64,000 nucleotides of DNA from Armatimonadota bacterium (GCA_046292385.1 JBKBRF010000003.1:178231-242230); one strand, 5' to 3'; counted from the stretch's first letter, positions 50,041 to 61,939 are shown. Program-made: numbers and translations. Notes: a model not told the origin generated them from the sequence alone.

Positions 50041-51726
50041 ATGTCGATTCCTCTCCGAGCCCTCGCGATCGTCTCCGGCGTGACCGCCCTCTTCGCCGCC
50101 TCCTGGCTGCCGGCTTCGGAAGAGACGGCGACCTCCGTCCGTGTCCGCGTGGCGGATCCCTCGGGCAAGCCGCTGCCCGCCCGCCTCACCGTCACCGGAG
50201 CCGACGGAAGCCTGGCGGAGTTGGAGCCGGAAAAGCAGCCGTGGATCGCCTCCCGCCGCGGGGTGATCTACACCGGCACCGGCGAGGCCCGCTTCCGCGT
50301 GCCGCCGGGGCGCTACACCCTCTACGCCAACCGGGGGCTGGAGTACGGGCTGGTCCAGCGGCCGCTCGACGCCACCGGCGGCAGCCTGGATCTGAGCCTG
50401 ACGCTGACGCGGGAGGTCGACACCCGCGGCTACGTCGCCTGCGACCCGCACATCCACACGCTCACGCACAGCGGGCACGGCGACGCCACCGTAGAAGAGC
50501 GGATGGCGACGATCGCGGGCGAGGGGATCGAGCTGGCGATCTCGACCGAGCACAACCACCACGTCGACTACGCCCCGGCCGCGGAGGCGACCCGCACCCG
50601 GCCGCACTTTACGCCGGTGATCGGGAACGAGGTGACCACGCCCCAGGGCCACTTCAACGCGTTTCCGGTCCGCCCCGGCAGTCCGGTGCCGGACGCGAAG
50701 GTGACCGACTGGTCGATCCTGCTTCCCGCCATCCGCGCCACGCCCGGCGTCCGGGTGGTGGTGCTGAACCACCCGCGGAACAACCACTCCGGATTCGTCC
50801 CCACCGACCCTTCCCGCTTCCACGCCGGGAGCGGCGAGAGCCTCGACGAGCGGCCGTGGAGCTTCGACGGCGTCGAGGTGGTGACCTCCGCCGCGCTGCA
50901 GAGCGACGTCATGAAGCCGTACCGGGACTGGTTCGCGCTGCTCAACCGCGGCGTGAGCGTCGCCGGGCTCGGCTCCAGCGACAGCCACGAAGTGAGCCGC
51001 TTCATCCTGGGCCAGGGCCGCACGTACGTGGCCAGCACGGCGGAGGACGCCTCCCAGATCGACGTGCAGGAGGCGTGCGACAGCGTGCTGGCCGGACGGG
51101 TGCTGGCGAGCCTGGGGCTGCTCACGGAAATATGGGTCGACGGAGCGGCGAGCGGCGGCCTTTCCCGGGTGGAAGACACCCGGATGCGCGTGCGGGTGCG
51201 CGTGCAGGGCCCCCGCTGGATCAACGCCGACCGGCTGGAGCTGTATGCCAACGGTAAAGTGATCGCCTCGCGTCCGATCGTCCACCGGAACGATGCCGTG
51301 GTGAAGGCCCACCTCACGCTGGAGCTGCCGCGCCCGAAGCACGATGTCTGGCTGGTGGCGGTGGCGACCGGGCCCGGCGTCACCGCTCCCTACTGGCCCA
51401 CGCCGCGGCCGTACCAGCCCGACCGCCCGGACTGGGAGCCGCGTGTCCTCGGCTCCAGCGGCGTGGTGCGCGTGGACGGCGACCGGAACGGCCGGTACAC
51501 CAGCCCGTACGAGCGGGCGCGGCTGCTGGTGCAGGAGTCCGCCGCCGAGCCGGACCGGGTCCTCTCCGCCCTCTCCCTGTACGACGAGGCGACGGCCGTG
51601 CAGGCCGCCTCCCTCCTTCGCGCCCGGGGGGTGGACCTTCGCTCCAATACCTGGCGAAGGGCCATCGAGACCGCGCCCGAGCACGTGCGGCACGGATTCG
51701 TCGCCTACCAGAACATGCTCCCGTAG
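50041..51726 (+). CDS. CehA/McbA family (PHP-fold) metallohydrolase
   Basis: DPHIHT, STEHN, GNEVT, GHFN, NHP, SDSH. Confidence 0.87.
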   Translation: MSIPLRALAIVSGVTALFAASWLPASEETATSVRVRVADPSGKPLPARLTVTGADGSLAELEPEKQPWIASRRGVIYTGTGEARFRVPPGRYTLYANRGLEYGLVQRPLDATGGSLDLSLTLTREVDTRGYVACDPHIHTLTHSGHGDATVEERMATIAGEGIELAISTEHNHHVDYAPAAEATRTRPHFTPVIGNEVTTPQGHFNAFPVRPGSPVPDAKVTDWSILLPAIRATPGVRVVVLNHPRNNHSGFVPTDPSRFHAGSGESLDERPWSFDGVEVVTSAALQSDVMKPYRDWFALLNRGVSVAGLGSSDSHEVSRFILGQGRTYVASTAEDASQIDVQEACDSVLAGRVLASLGLLTEIWVDGAASGGLSRVEDTRMRVRVRVQGPRWINADRLELYANGKVIASRPIVHRNDAVVKAHLTLELPRPKHDVWLVAVATGPGVTAPYWPTPRPYQPDRPDWEPRVLGSSGVVRVDGDRNGRYTSPYERARLLVQESAAEPDRVLSALSLYDEATAVQAASLLRARGVDLRSNTWRRAIETAPEHVRHGFVAYQNMLP

Positions 51727-52008
51727 TAGCGGCGCCGCGCAACTCCACGCGTCCGCGCCGACCGCCGGGAATGAGTAGGCGAGGCCGTGCCTCAAAGCCC
51801 CCGGTCGCCAACGAGCAAGAGCAAGAGCAAGAGCAGGAGCACCGTTACCGGAAGGCGCGGCCTGCCCTCGCCAGCTCGACACCCTATCCCCTGAACCCTG
51901 GACCCTTGTCGCCGCAGGCCTCCAGCCTGCGGCGACACTGCCGATAATGCTTTCGCTGGAGCCGGACCGAGGCGGAGCTCCTGCGGTGGAGGGAGTGCTG
52001 GAGGGGGA

Positions 52009-53082
52009 ATGCTGGATATCAACGGGCTGTTGAGCCGGATGGCAGAGCTGAACGCGGCGGATCTGTTCCTCAAGCCGCCGTGCCCGCCCACGTATAAGGT
52101 ATCGGGACAGACCGTGCCGCTGGAAGGGCATCCGGCCGTCTCCGCGGAGGAGATGGAGGCGCTGCTGCCGCACGTGCTGCGCCCGCGCGACCAGAAGATC
52201 TTCCAGGAGCGCAACCAGGCGGACCTGAGCTACGTGCTGCCGGACGGCAGCCGCTTTCGCTGCAACGCCTACCGGCAGCGCGGCACCGCGGCGATGGTCT
52301 TCCGCCGCATCAACCCCACCGTCCCGACCGCGGACGAGCTGAACCTGCCGGAGATCCTGAAAGAGATCTCCATGCACCAGAACGGCCTGATCCTGGTGAC
52401 CGGCGCCACCGGTTCCGGGAAATCGACCACCCTGGCGGCGATGATCGACTGGCGGAACCGCAACAGCCGCGGTCACATCGTCACGCTGGAAGACCCGATC
52501 GAGTTCATCCACCCGGATCTCGGCTGCGTGGTAAGCCAGCGAGAAGTAGGCGTCGACGTCGACAGCTTCGAAGACGGCCTTAAGGCGGCGCTCCGCCAGG
52601 CGCCCAACGTGATCTTGATGGGAGAGATCCGGGACGCGGAGGGCTGCGAAGCCGCGCTCCACCTCTGCGAGACCGGTCACCTGGTCTTCGGCACCCTGCA
52701 CAGCACCAACGCGATGCAGAGCATCGAGCGCGTGCTGCAGATGTTCCCGCCAGAGCGCTCGCAGGAGATGTTCGCCCTCCTCTCCGGGAACCTGCGCGGC
52801 ATCGTCTCCCAGCGCCTCATCCGGAACCTGCAGGGCCGCTACAGCATGGTCTGCGAGATCCTGACCGCCACCCCCCGCGTGCGCGAGCTGATCAAGCGCG
52901 GCGAGTACCAGTCGCTGAAGCCGGTGATGGAGGCGGGCGGTAAGGACGGGATGCAGACGTTCGACCAGTCGATCTACAACACGTACCAGGCCGGCGCCTT
53001 CGACGAGGAGATCGCCCTGCGCTATGCCGACAGCCCGAACGACCTGAAGCTCCGCATGCGCGGCTTCGTCAGCGCCAGCTAG
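52009..53082 (+). CDS. pilU: type IV pilus retraction ATPase, PilU-like
   Basis: GATGSGKST, EDPIEF, GEIRD, TGHLVFGTLH; lacks AIRNLIRE. Confidence 0.8.
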   Translation: MLDINGLLSRMAELNAADLFLKPPCPPTYKVSGQTVPLEGHPAVSAEEMEALLPHVLRPRDQKIFQERNQADLSYVLPDGSRFRCNAYRQRGTAAMVFRRINPTVPTADELNLPEILKEISMHQNGLILVTGATGSGKSTTLAAMIDWRNRNSRGHIVTLEDPIEFIHPDLGCVVSQREVGVDVDSFEDGLKAALRQAPNVILMGEIRDAEGCEAALHLCETGHLVFGTLHSTNAMQSIERVLQMFPPERSQEMFALLSGNLRGIVSQRLIRNLQGRYSMVCEILTATPRVRELIKRGEYQSLKPVMEAGGKDGMQTFDQSIYNTYQAGAFDEEIALRYADSPNDLKLRMRGFVSAS

Positions 53083-53292
53083 CTGCCGGGGACGGAGAGA
53101 CAGAGCGACGGAGAGACAGAGGGACGGAGTGAGCATGCCGCCCCTCAGCGCGCTTCAGCGTGCTTTCGAGAGAGACAGCCGGGTCCTTCAGGGCCCGGCG
53201 TCCGGACCGACATCGCAGTGATGGGGAGACGAAACGCTGGCTACGTGCCCGCAGGTCTCTCCTCTTTCCTCTTCCATCTCAAGGACTTGCAA

Positions 53293-54453
53293 ATGGATAT
53301 CGCCGATCTGCTCATCTACACGCTCGAGGCCGGGGCCTCCGACCTGCACCTGACCGTCGGGCTGCCCCCGTGCGTGCGCGTGCGCGGGGAGGTGGAGCCG
53401 GTGGAGGCGATGCCGGCTCTCGGTAAGGACGACACGCGGGACCTGGTCTACTCGATCATGAACGACCGGCAGCGGGCGCGGTTCGAGGAGTTCAACGACC
53501 TCGACTTCTCGCTCGACTTCGGCGCGCGGGGCCGCTTCCGCGTGAACACCTTCATGGGCCGGGAAGGGATCGGCGCCGTGCTGCGCACCATTCCGTCGCA
53601 GATCAAGTCGGTGGAGGAGCTCGGCATCCCGCCGGTGGTCAGCCGGCTGGCGGAGTACGAGCGCGGCCTGGTGCTGGTAACCGGGCCGACCGGCTCCGGT
53701 AAGTCGACCACGCTGGCCGCCCTGATCGACCAGATCAACAACACTCGCCGGGGCCATATCCTCACGGTCGAGGACCCGATCGAATTCGTGCACCCGCACA
53801 AGAAGTGCGTGGTCAACCAGCGCGAGGTGGGGCCGCACACCAACTCGTTCGCCAGCGCGCTGCGGGCGGCGCTCCGCGAGGACCCGGACGTGATCCTGGT
53901 GGGGGAAATGCGAGACCTGGAGACGATCTCGCTCGCCGTCTCCGCGGCGGAGACCGGCCACCTGGTCTTCGGGACCCTGCACACCAGCAGCGCCGCGCAG
54001 ACGATCGACCGCATCATCGACGTCTTCCCCGCGCACCAGCAAGCGCAGATCCGCGCGCAGCTCTCCGAATCGATCCGCGGCGTGGTGGCGCAGACGCTGC
54101 TGAAGACCGCCAACGGCAAGGGCCGCGCGGCCGCGCTGGAGATCCTGATCGCCACGCCGGCGGTCCGGAACCTGATCCGCGAGGGGAAGACGTTCCAGCT
54201 TCCCTCCGTCATCCAGACCGGCGTCAAGGAAGGCATGCAGACGATCGAGCAGTCGCTGAGCGAGCTGGTCCTCGCCGGGCGGGTCACCCAGGACGAGGCG
54301 CTGCACAAGGCGCCGGACAAGGAAGCGTTCCTCAAGTACCTGCGCGAGGGCGGGGCCGGCCACGCCAACCCGATCGGGCATCAGCCGATGGAGGTCACGA
54401 TGACCCCGCCCCCATCGATGAACATCATGGGCCTGGGGAACATTCGCCGTTAG
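53293..54453 (+). CDS. pilT: type IV pilus retraction ATPase PilT
   Basis: ASDLHL, GPTGSGKST, LREDPD, AVRNLIRE, GMQT. Confidence 0.93.
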   Translation: MDIADLLIYTLEAGASDLHLTVGLPPCVRVRGEVEPVEAMPALGKDDTRDLVYSIMNDRQRARFEEFNDLDFSLDFGARGRFRVNTFMGREGIGAVLRTIPSQIKSVEELGIPPVVSRLAEYERGLVLVTGPTGSGKSTTLAALIDQINNTRRGHILTVEDPIEFVHPHKKCVVNQREVGPHTNSFASALRAALREDPDVILVGEMRDLETISLAVSAAETGHLVFGTLHTSSAAQTIDRIIDVFPAHQQAQIRAQLSESIRGVVAQTLLKTANGKGRAAALEILIATPAVRNLIREGKTFQLPSVIQTGVKEGMQTIEQSLSELVLAGRVTQDEALHKAPDKEAFLKYLREGGAGHANPIGHQPMEVTMTPPPSMNIMGLGNIRR

Positions 54454-54481
54454 GGGCACCGTCTAACCCACTACGATGCGG

Positions 54482-54533
54482 GGGAAAGGCAAGACCGCGG
54501 TGAGCAACTACTCACCGCGGTCTTGCCTTTCCC
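54482..54533. terminator. 23-bp perfect hairpin after pilT
   Basis: GGGAAAGGCAAGACCGCGGTGAG-CAACTA-CTCACCGCGGTCTTGCCTTTCCC. Confidence 0.6.
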
Positions 54534-54567
54534 GTTGCGCCCGCGCTCCGATTCCCGGGGGCCGACG

Positions 54568-54843
54568 ATGCCGAAGAAGATCCTGGTCGTCATCCCCGAG
54601 TCTCACGTCGCCCGGCTGGTGGAGGTGAACCTGCGGCGGCTGGGACATCAGGTGCTCGTCGCTCGGACTTCCGCTGCCGCGCAGGCCCTGGCTCGGACGG
54701 AGGCTCCCGACCTGGTGCTCGTCGACGTGTTGACGGCCTTTGGAGCCACCTTCGACCTGCTGCGGGAGCTCAAGTCCGATCCGCACACCGCCGGAATCGA
54801 GGTGCGGGTGATTCAACCGGGCGGATTGCTGGCGCCACCCTGA
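54568..54843 (+). CDS. truncated/atypical receiver-domain protein
   Basis: paralogue of 55168 (MPKKIL..RLVEVNL..PDLV..D); lacks acidic pair and conserved Lys. Confidence 0.6.
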   Translation: MPKKILVVIPESHVARLVEVNLRRLGHQVLVARTSAAAQALARTEAPDLVLVDVLTAFGATFDLLRELKSDPHTAGIEVRVIQPGGLLAPP

Positions 54844-55167
54844 TCCGACTGCCAGGAGAGTAACCAAGCATCGCCCCGGTGCGAGCAGCGGTTTCGTTCA
54901 CCTTTCACGCGTGGTGCGGTTAGAATAGAACGGTCCTCTGCTCTGCACGGCCGCCGGGAGCCCCCGAGAAGCTCCCCGCGCGTGGGACACGGGCCGGTAG
55001 GAGCGCAGCAAATCCTGTCCGGTGGGCAGAGTAGGAGAATTCCTGCCTCGTAGTGAACGGTTCCCCTAGTTCCGAGCGGTTCCCGGCGCCGGTAGACCAA
55101 GCGCCCGCTTCATTGACGGGGTCTGGGGCGCGTGGTAAGCTGACCGTACGGATGGAGACAAGCTGAA

Positions 55168-55581
55168 ATGCCGAAGAAAATTCTGGCGGTGGACGACGAA
55201 CGCCACATCGTCCGGCTGGTAGAAGTCAACCTGCAGCGCGCGGGATATCAGGTCGTCACGGCGTACGACGGCCGCGAAGCGCTGGAAAAGGTGAAGTCCG
55301 AGAACCCGGACCTGGTGGTGCTCGACGTGATGATGCCGTACATGGACGGCTTCGAGGTGCTGAAGAACCTCAAGGCCGATCCGGCCACGGCGGAGATCCC
55401 CGTCATCATGCTCACCGCCAAGGCGCAGGATGCGGACGTCTTCCGCGGCTGGCAGAGCGGGGTGGACTGCTACCTGACCAAGCCGTTCAACCCGATGGAG
55501 CTGCTCACGTTCGTGAAGCGCATCTTCGACAGCCTCAGCGGCAGTGGCGGAGATGGCGGCAACCGCATCACGATTGGCTAG
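55168..55581 (+). CDS. single-domain response regulator
   Basis: VDDE, LDVMMP, LTA, TKPF. Confidence 0.93.
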   Translation: MPKKILAVDDERHIVRLVEVNLQRAGYQVVTAYDGREALEKVKSENPDLVVLDVMMPYMDGFEVLKNLKADPATAEIPVIMLTAKAQDADVFRGWQSGVDCYLTKPFNPMELLTFVKRIFDSLSGSGGDGGNRITIG

Positions 55582-55604
55582 CGCTCGACTCGGAGCCACG
55601 GCGG

Positions 55605-55808
55605 ATGAAGAACTCCACGATCCTGGTGCTGGCGGCGGCCGGTTTGAGCGCCGCCGCGGTAATCGCGATCATCGCGGCGCGGCGGACGCGCGACGCCGCG
55701 GGTGAGCTGGAGCAGATTCCCGAGCTGATCGAAGGCTGCTTCGAGCGCCTCCACGAGCTGGAGCGGGAGATCCACCGGCTGAAACCGGACACCGCGGCCT
55801 CTTCCTGA
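55605..55808 (+). CDS. small protein with N-terminal TM and coiled coil
   Basis: GGAG SD, hydrophobic N-terminus. Confidence 0.6.
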   Translation: MKNSTILVLAAAGLSAAAVIAIIAARRTRDAAGELEQIPELIEGCFERLHELEREIHRLKPDTAASS

Positions 55809-55903
55809 AGCCGGTCCGAGAGATTAAAAGAGCCGTTCGCACCACCCGGCGCGGACGGCTCTTCTCGTGCCGCGCGCCCTCCATTTCATGCCGTCGGGGG
55901 CTG

Positions 55904-55932
55904 TTGACACCCCCTGGGGGCTGATGTATACT
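55904..55932 (+). promoter_or_regulatory. sigma70 promoter of str operon
   Basis: TTGACA-N17-TATACT. Confidence 0.85.
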
Positions 55933-56159
55933 CACACGGCCTGAAGGCGCCGTGTGCCTGCTTGTAAGCGGTCATACGGTTTTCTCGGGTCGCAGCGCGG
56001 TCGAGCCGTCGCCCGGAGCTCTCGCCGAGCGGGAGGGCGGGCGGGGACTCTGCGTCAGTCGGCGAGAGACGATGCTCCCGCCTGCGGCCGGAACGACCAC
56101 CGGATTGATCCAGAATGCGCCGCCCGCCTGCGGGTGGGAGTAGAGAAGCAAGTACCAGG

Positions 56160-56531
56160 ATGCCTACCATCAACCAGCTCGTCCGCAAGGGGCGGCAGGC
56201 CGTCAAGAAGAAGACGAAGGCCCCTGCCCTGAAGGGTGCGCCGCAGAAGCGCGGCGTATGCCTCGTGGTCCGCACCGTGTCTCCCAAGAAGCCGAACTCG
56301 GCGCTGCGCAAGATCTGCCGCGTGCGCCTGACCAATGGCATGGAGGTGACCGCCTACATTCCGGGCATCGGTCACAACCTGCAGGAGCACTCGGTGGTGC
56401 TGATCCGCGGCGGGCGAGTCAAGGACCTGCCGGGCGTCCGGTACCACGTGGTGCGCGGCGCTCTGGACGCGGCCGGAACCCGGGACCGCAAGCAGAGCCG
56501 CAGCAAGTACGGAACGAAGAAGCCGAAGTAG
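56160..56531 (+). CDS. rpsL: 30S ribosomal protein S12
   Basis: [30 protein letters not shown]. Confidence 0.98.
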   Translation: MPTINQLVRKGRQAVKKKTKAPALKGAPQKRGVCLVVRTVSPKKPNSALRKICRVRLTNGMEVTAYIPGIGHNLQEHSVVLIRGGRVKDLPGVRYHVVRGALDAAGTRDRKQSRSKYGTKKPK

Positions 56532-56631
56532 TTTTGCGCGGGCTGCGCGGAGCCGGAAGACAGGCTGCTCATGCGGGCAGCCCCTCCGGAGCGCCGGCCC
56601 GGCCCTCATAGATACCTGGGAGATCACCCGT

Positions 56632-57105
56632 ATGCCGAGGAAAGGCCCGGCGCCCAAGCGCCGCCCAATTCCCGATCCGGTCTACCGCAACGAGCTGGTG
56701 ACCCGCTTTATCAACCGCATGCTGCTCGGCGGCAAGCGCAGCACGGCCGAGCGCATCTTCTACACCGCCATGCAGGCGGTGGAGGAGCGCGCGCAGGCGC
56801 CGGCGCTGGAAGTGTTCGAGCGCGCGATGCGCAACGTGATGCCCGTGGTGGAGGTGCGTCCTCGCCGCGTGGGCGGCGCCACCTACCAGGTGCCGGTGGA
56901 AGTGCGGGCCGACCGGCGCGTCTCCCTCGGAATCCGGTGGATGGTGAGCGCGGCGCGCCGCCGCGGCGGCCGGACCATGACGGAGCGGCTCGCGGCGGAG
57001 ATCCTGGACGCCGCGAATAATACCGGCGCCTCCGTGAAGAAGCGCGAAGACAGCCACCGGATGGCGGAAGCCAACAAGGCTTTCGGCCACTACCGCTGGT
57101 CATAA
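56632..57105 (+). CDS. rpsG: 30S ribosomal protein S7
   Basis: [21 protein letters not shown]. Confidence 0.98.
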   Translation: MPRKGPAPKRRPIPDPVYRNELVTRFINRMLLGGKRSTAERIFYTAMQAVEERAQAPALEVFERAMRNVMPVVEVRPRRVGGATYQVPVEVRADRRVSLGIRWMVSAARRRGGRTMTERLAAEILDAANNTGASVKKREDSHRMAEANKAFGHYRWS

Positions 57106-57306
57106 CGGACCTCCGAAACGGCGCAGGGGCGCGGGCTGCGGCACATCGCGGTGCGGGCACACGGGGGACCGGGAGCGACGATCCGTCCCAGGGGCGGGTC
57201 GGGGCTCCGGCTTAGACTTTGGTCTCCAGGTGGGTCTGCCGCGGCGTCGCGGCCGGCGCCCCTGTGCGTTTCGGGGAGTAATGAGCCCCGGGAAGGTTAT
57301 CGAGTA

Positions 57307-59400
57307 ATGGCACGTGAGTATCCATTAGAGAAGACCCGTAATATCGGTATCGCCGCGCACATCGACGCCGGCAAAACGACCACCACCGAGCGCATCCTGT
57401 TCTATACCGGCCGCGTGCGCAACATCGGTGAAGTGCATGACGGCGCGGCCACCATGGACTGGATGGTTCAGGAGCAGGAGCGCGGCATTACCATTACCTC
57501 CGCCGCGACCACCTGTTTCTGGAAAGAGCACCGCATCAACATCATCGACACGCCCGGCCACGTCGACTTCACCGTCGAGGTGGAGCGCTCGCTGCGCGTG
57601 CTGGACGGCGTGGTGGCGGTGTTCTGCGCCGTCGGCGGCGTGCAGCCGCAGTCCGAGACGGTGTGGCGCCAGGCGAACAAGTACCGCGTGCCGCGCATCG
57701 CCTACATCAACAAGATGGACCGCATCGGTGCCGACTTCTATACCGTGGTCGGCAAGATGAAGGAGCGGCTCGGCGCCAACGCCGTCCCGCTGCAGATCCC
57801 GATCGGCGCGGAGTCCGACTTCAAGGGCGTGATCGACCTGATCAAGATGCAGGCGATCATCTATACCGACGACCTCGGCACCACCAGCCAGGAAACCGAA
57901 ATCCCCGCGGACCTGAAGGAGCAGGCGGTCCAGTACCGCGAGCAGCTGATCGAGGCGGCGGCGGACGCGGACGAAGGCCTGATGGAGAAGTACCTGGAAG
58001 GCGAGCCGGTGGGCGAGGAAGAGCTGCGCCGCGCCATCCGCGCGGGCACGATCAACGGCACCATGGTTCCGGTGGTCTGCGGCTCCTCTTTCAAAAACAA
58101 GGGGGTTCAGCCGATGCTCGACTCGGTGGTGGAGTTCCTCCCGAGCCCCCTCGACGTCGGCTCCGTGCAGGGCACCTCGCCGCGCGACGGCTCTGCCATG
58201 GAGCGCCAGCCGAGCGACGACGAGCCGTTCAGCGCGCTTGCGTTCAAGATCATGTCCGACCCGTACGTCGGCCGCCTGACCTACTTCCGGGTCTACAGCG
58301 GGCGCCTGACGAAGGGCTCGTACGTCTTCAACGCCAGCAAGGGCAAGAAGGAGCGCATCGGCCGGATCCTGCGGATGCACGCCAACCACCGCGAAGACGT
58401 GGATGAGGTGCTCGCCGGAGACATCGCCGCGGCGGTGGGCATGAGCGAGCAGACCACCACGGGTGACACGCTCTGCGACGACAGCAACCAGATCCTGCTG
58501 GAGGCCATCACCTTCCCCGAGCCGGTCATCTCGATCGCGATCGAGCCGAAGACGAAGGCGGACCAGGACAAGCTGGCGCAGGCGCTGGGACGGCTCTCCG
58601 CCGAGGACCCGACGTTCCGCGTCCACACCGATCAGGAGACGGCGCAGACGATCATCTCCGGCATGGGCGAGCTCCACCTGGAGATCATCCAGGACCGCCT
58701 CTTCCGCGAGTTCAAGGTCGAGGCGAACGTCGGCCGGCCGCAGGTGGCCTACCGGGAAACGATCTCCCGGGCGGCGCACGCGGAAGGACGCTTCGTGCGG
58801 CAGACGGGTGGTAAGGGCCAGTTCGGGCACGTCGTCTTCGACGTGGCGCCGCTGGATCCCGGAACCGGGTTCCAGTTCCACAACAAGACGGTCGGCGGCT
58901 CCGTCCCGCGCGAGTACGTCAACGCGGTGGAAGCCGGCGTGCGGGAAGCGATGGCCGGCGGCGTGCTCGCGGGCTATCCGGTGATCGACGTCTCCGTGAC
59001 GCTGGTCGACGGCAGCTACCACGAAGTCGACTCGAGCGAAATGGCGTTCAAGATCGCCGGCTCGATGGGCTTCAAAGAGGCGGCCCGTAAGGGCGGCCCG
59101 GTGCTGAAGGAGCCGGTGATGGCGGTCGAGATCGTCACGCCGGAGGACTTCCTGGGCGATATCATCGGCGACCTGAATAGCCGGCGCGGCCGCATCGAAG
59201 GCATGGAGCCGGCAGCGGGCGGCACGCAGGTGATCAAGGCGCAGGTGCCGCTGGCGGAGATGTTCGGCTACGCCACCACGGTGCGCAGCGTCTCGCAGGG
59301 CCGAGCCAGCTACAGCATGGAGCCGAGCCACTACGAGGAAGTGCCGCGCAACGTGGCGGATGAGATCATCGCCAAGGCGACCGGCAAGGTCAACGCCTAA
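57307..59400 (+). CDS. fusA: elongation factor G
   Basis: [26 protein letters not shown]. Confidence 0.98.
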   Translation: MAREYPLEKTRNIGIAAHIDAGKTTTTERILFYTGRVRNIGEVHDGAATMDWMVQEQERGITITSAATTCFWKEHRINIIDTPGHVDFTVEVERSLRVLDGVVAVFCAVGGVQPQSETVWRQANKYRVPRIAYINKMDRIGADFYTVVGKMKERLGANAVPLQIPIGAESDFKGVIDLIKMQAIIYTDDLGTTSQETEIPADLKEQAVQYREQLIEAAADADEGLMEKYLEGEPVGEEELRRAIRAGTINGTMVPVVCGSSFKNKGVQPMLDSVVEFLPSPLDVGSVQGTSPRDGSAMERQPSDDEPFSALAFKIMSDPYVGRLTYFRVYSGRLTKGSYVFNASKGKKERIGRILRMHANHREDVDEVLAGDIAAAVGMSEQTTTGDTLCDDSNQILLEAITFPEPVISIAIEPKTKADQDKLAQALGRLSAEDPTFRVHTDQETAQTIISGMGELHLEIIQDRLFREFKVEANVGRPQVAYRETISRAAHAEGRFVRQTGGKGQFGHVVFDVAPLDPGTGFQFHNKTVGGSVPREYVNAVEAGVREAMAGGVLAGYPVIDVSVTLVDGSYHEVDSSEMAFKIAGSMGFKEAARKGGPVLKEPVMAVEIVTPEDFLGDIIGDLNSRRGRIEGMEPAAGGTQVIKAQVPLAEMFGYATTVRSVSQGRASYSMEPSHYEEVPRNVADEIIAKATGKVNA

Positions 59401-59432
59401 CGAGCTCTGCGCTCAACGGGCAGAACACGAGG

Positions 59433-59463
59433 AAGGGACGGGAGTTTCGGCTCCCGTCCCTTT
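59433..59463 (+). terminator. intrinsic terminator after fusA
   Basis: AAGGGACGGGAGT-TTCG-GCTCCCGTCCCTTT. Confidence 0.75.
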
Positions 59464-59540
59464 CGCACGTACGGCATTCCCGCGGACCGGAGAACCGTTT
59501 CGGAGGAGAATACGGCGACAGGTTAGCACTTCTCACCCGG

Positions 59541-59577
59541 CCTCACCCCCGGCCCCTCTCCTGCGAGGAGAGGGGAG
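59541..59577. repeat. REP-like palindrome
   Basis: CCTCACCCCCGGCCCCTCTCC-TGCGA-GGAGAGGGGAG. Confidence 0.7.
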
Positions 59578-59788
59578 CTATAGGTGTTGTGCTTGCCTGC
59601 TCCCCCTTCCACTTCACAGACAGCTTGTCGCTCGAACGGGGGAGGGCTGGCGGGTGGCGGCGAAAGAAGACGATTCGCCTCCGCTCACCAGAGCACCACT
59701 TGCCATTCCACGCGGCAGTCAGCATCCACCGCAAACCTGACAAGCAACCCCTTCGGAACCGCGGCAGGAAAAATCCCCTTACGCGTGC

Positions 59789-59817
59789 TTGACACGGGGG
59801 GTGCGCACTGATACCAT
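59789..59817 (+). promoter_or_regulatory. sigma70 promoter upstream of tuf
   Basis: TTGACA-N17-TACCAT with extended -10 TG. Confidence 0.82.
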
Positions 59818-59823
59818 ACGCAG

Positions 59824-60300
59824 GTTGCCGGTTACGGGCGCTTTCGAAGCCCCCGAGATGGCCGGCGACAGGCGTAATTAAACGCTGCACGTCGCAGGTG
59901 GTTGAACTCCATTAGCCTAGACGTTGGCTTGTCCGACGTTCACTGTGTCTGCCGGGCGACGACGGTGGACCGCCAGTGGGAAAAGACGGGAAGCGGCCGC
60001 TCTCTCCGGAGAAATGCGGTCAGATGCCCGTCTGCCAGATGCGGAACCGCTCCGCTCGGAGCCGCGCCACGCGCGCGGTGCCGAAGAGCCCTCGTTCCGT
60101 GCCTCCCACCGCGCGCCGTCGCCTTCGGGTGACGCAAGGCTAGGGAAACGCCGCCTGTGTCAGCACCGCCCTCGGGTGGGGTCGGTTGCCTGCGTACCGC
60201 AGCGTGACGGCGAGAGTTTTTGCGGCAGCGGGCAGGCAGGACGCGTGCGTTCCGGACTGGCCTGCCGTACGCCCTTCGGGCGACGATCGGATCGAGACGA
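59824..60300 (+). ncRNA. candidate structured RNA / tuf 5' leader
   Basis: no credible ORF; many nested helices and a cUUCGg tetraloop. Confidence 0.5.
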
Positions 60301-60312
60301 ACGGGAGCTACC

Positions 60313-61497
<1,185 letters not shown>

Positions 61498-61510
61498 TAG
61501 CCCGCTGTAG

Positions 61511-61550
61511 AGGGAGGGTGGTTCCCCCGTTGGAGCCACCCTCCCTTTCT
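61511..61550 (+). terminator. hairpin between tuf and rpsJ
   Basis: AGGGAGGGTGGTTCC-CCCGTT-GGAGCCACCCTCCCT-TTCT. Confidence 0.65.
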
Positions 61551-61564
61551 GCGAGAGGAAATCC

Positions 61565-61873
61565 ATGCGACGACAGAAGGTTCGCATCCGGCTCAAGGCG
61601 TTCGATCACCAGATCATCGACCAGTCGGCTGGAAAGATCGTTGAAACGGCCCGCCGGACGGGTGCGCGTATCGCCGGTCCGGTGCCGCTTCCCACGGAGA
61701 AGAACATCTTCTGCGTGAACCGTGGGCCGACCATCGACAAGGAGTCGATGGAGCACTTCGAAATGCGCACGCACAAGCGGCTCATCGATATTCTCGATCC
61801 CGGGCCCAAGACGATCGACGCGCTGATGCGGCTGGACCTGCCCAGCGGCGTGGACATTGAAATCAAGCTGTAG
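61565..61873 (+). CDS. rpsJ: 30S ribosomal protein S10
   Basis: [25 protein letters not shown]. Confidence 0.98.
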   Translation: MRRQKVRIRLKAFDHQIIDQSAGKIVETARRTGARIAGPVPLPTEKNIFCVNRGPTIDKESMEHFEMRTHKRLIDILDPGPKTIDALMRLDLPSGVDIEIKL

Positions 61874-61939
61874 GCCTGGGCAAGTGCTGCTCGCGTGACG
61901 CAGCCCCGAAGGCTTTCGGGACTGAGGACGGATTAGATA

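Noticed and set aside
55910..55921. CCCCCTGGGGG as another CsoR operator
   Set aside because: Lacks the ATAC/GTAT flanks; it is the spacer of the rpsL promoter
50011..59331. Long minus-strand ORFs (1041, 423 and 668 aa) and similar shadows elsewhere
   Set aside because: Antisense to well-supported genes; typical stop-codon scarcity in high-GC DNA
59824..60300. RNase P RNA, tmRNA or tRNA in the tuf leader
   Set aside because: No GAGGAAAGUCC, no tRNA-like ends and no T-loop/CCA found by eye
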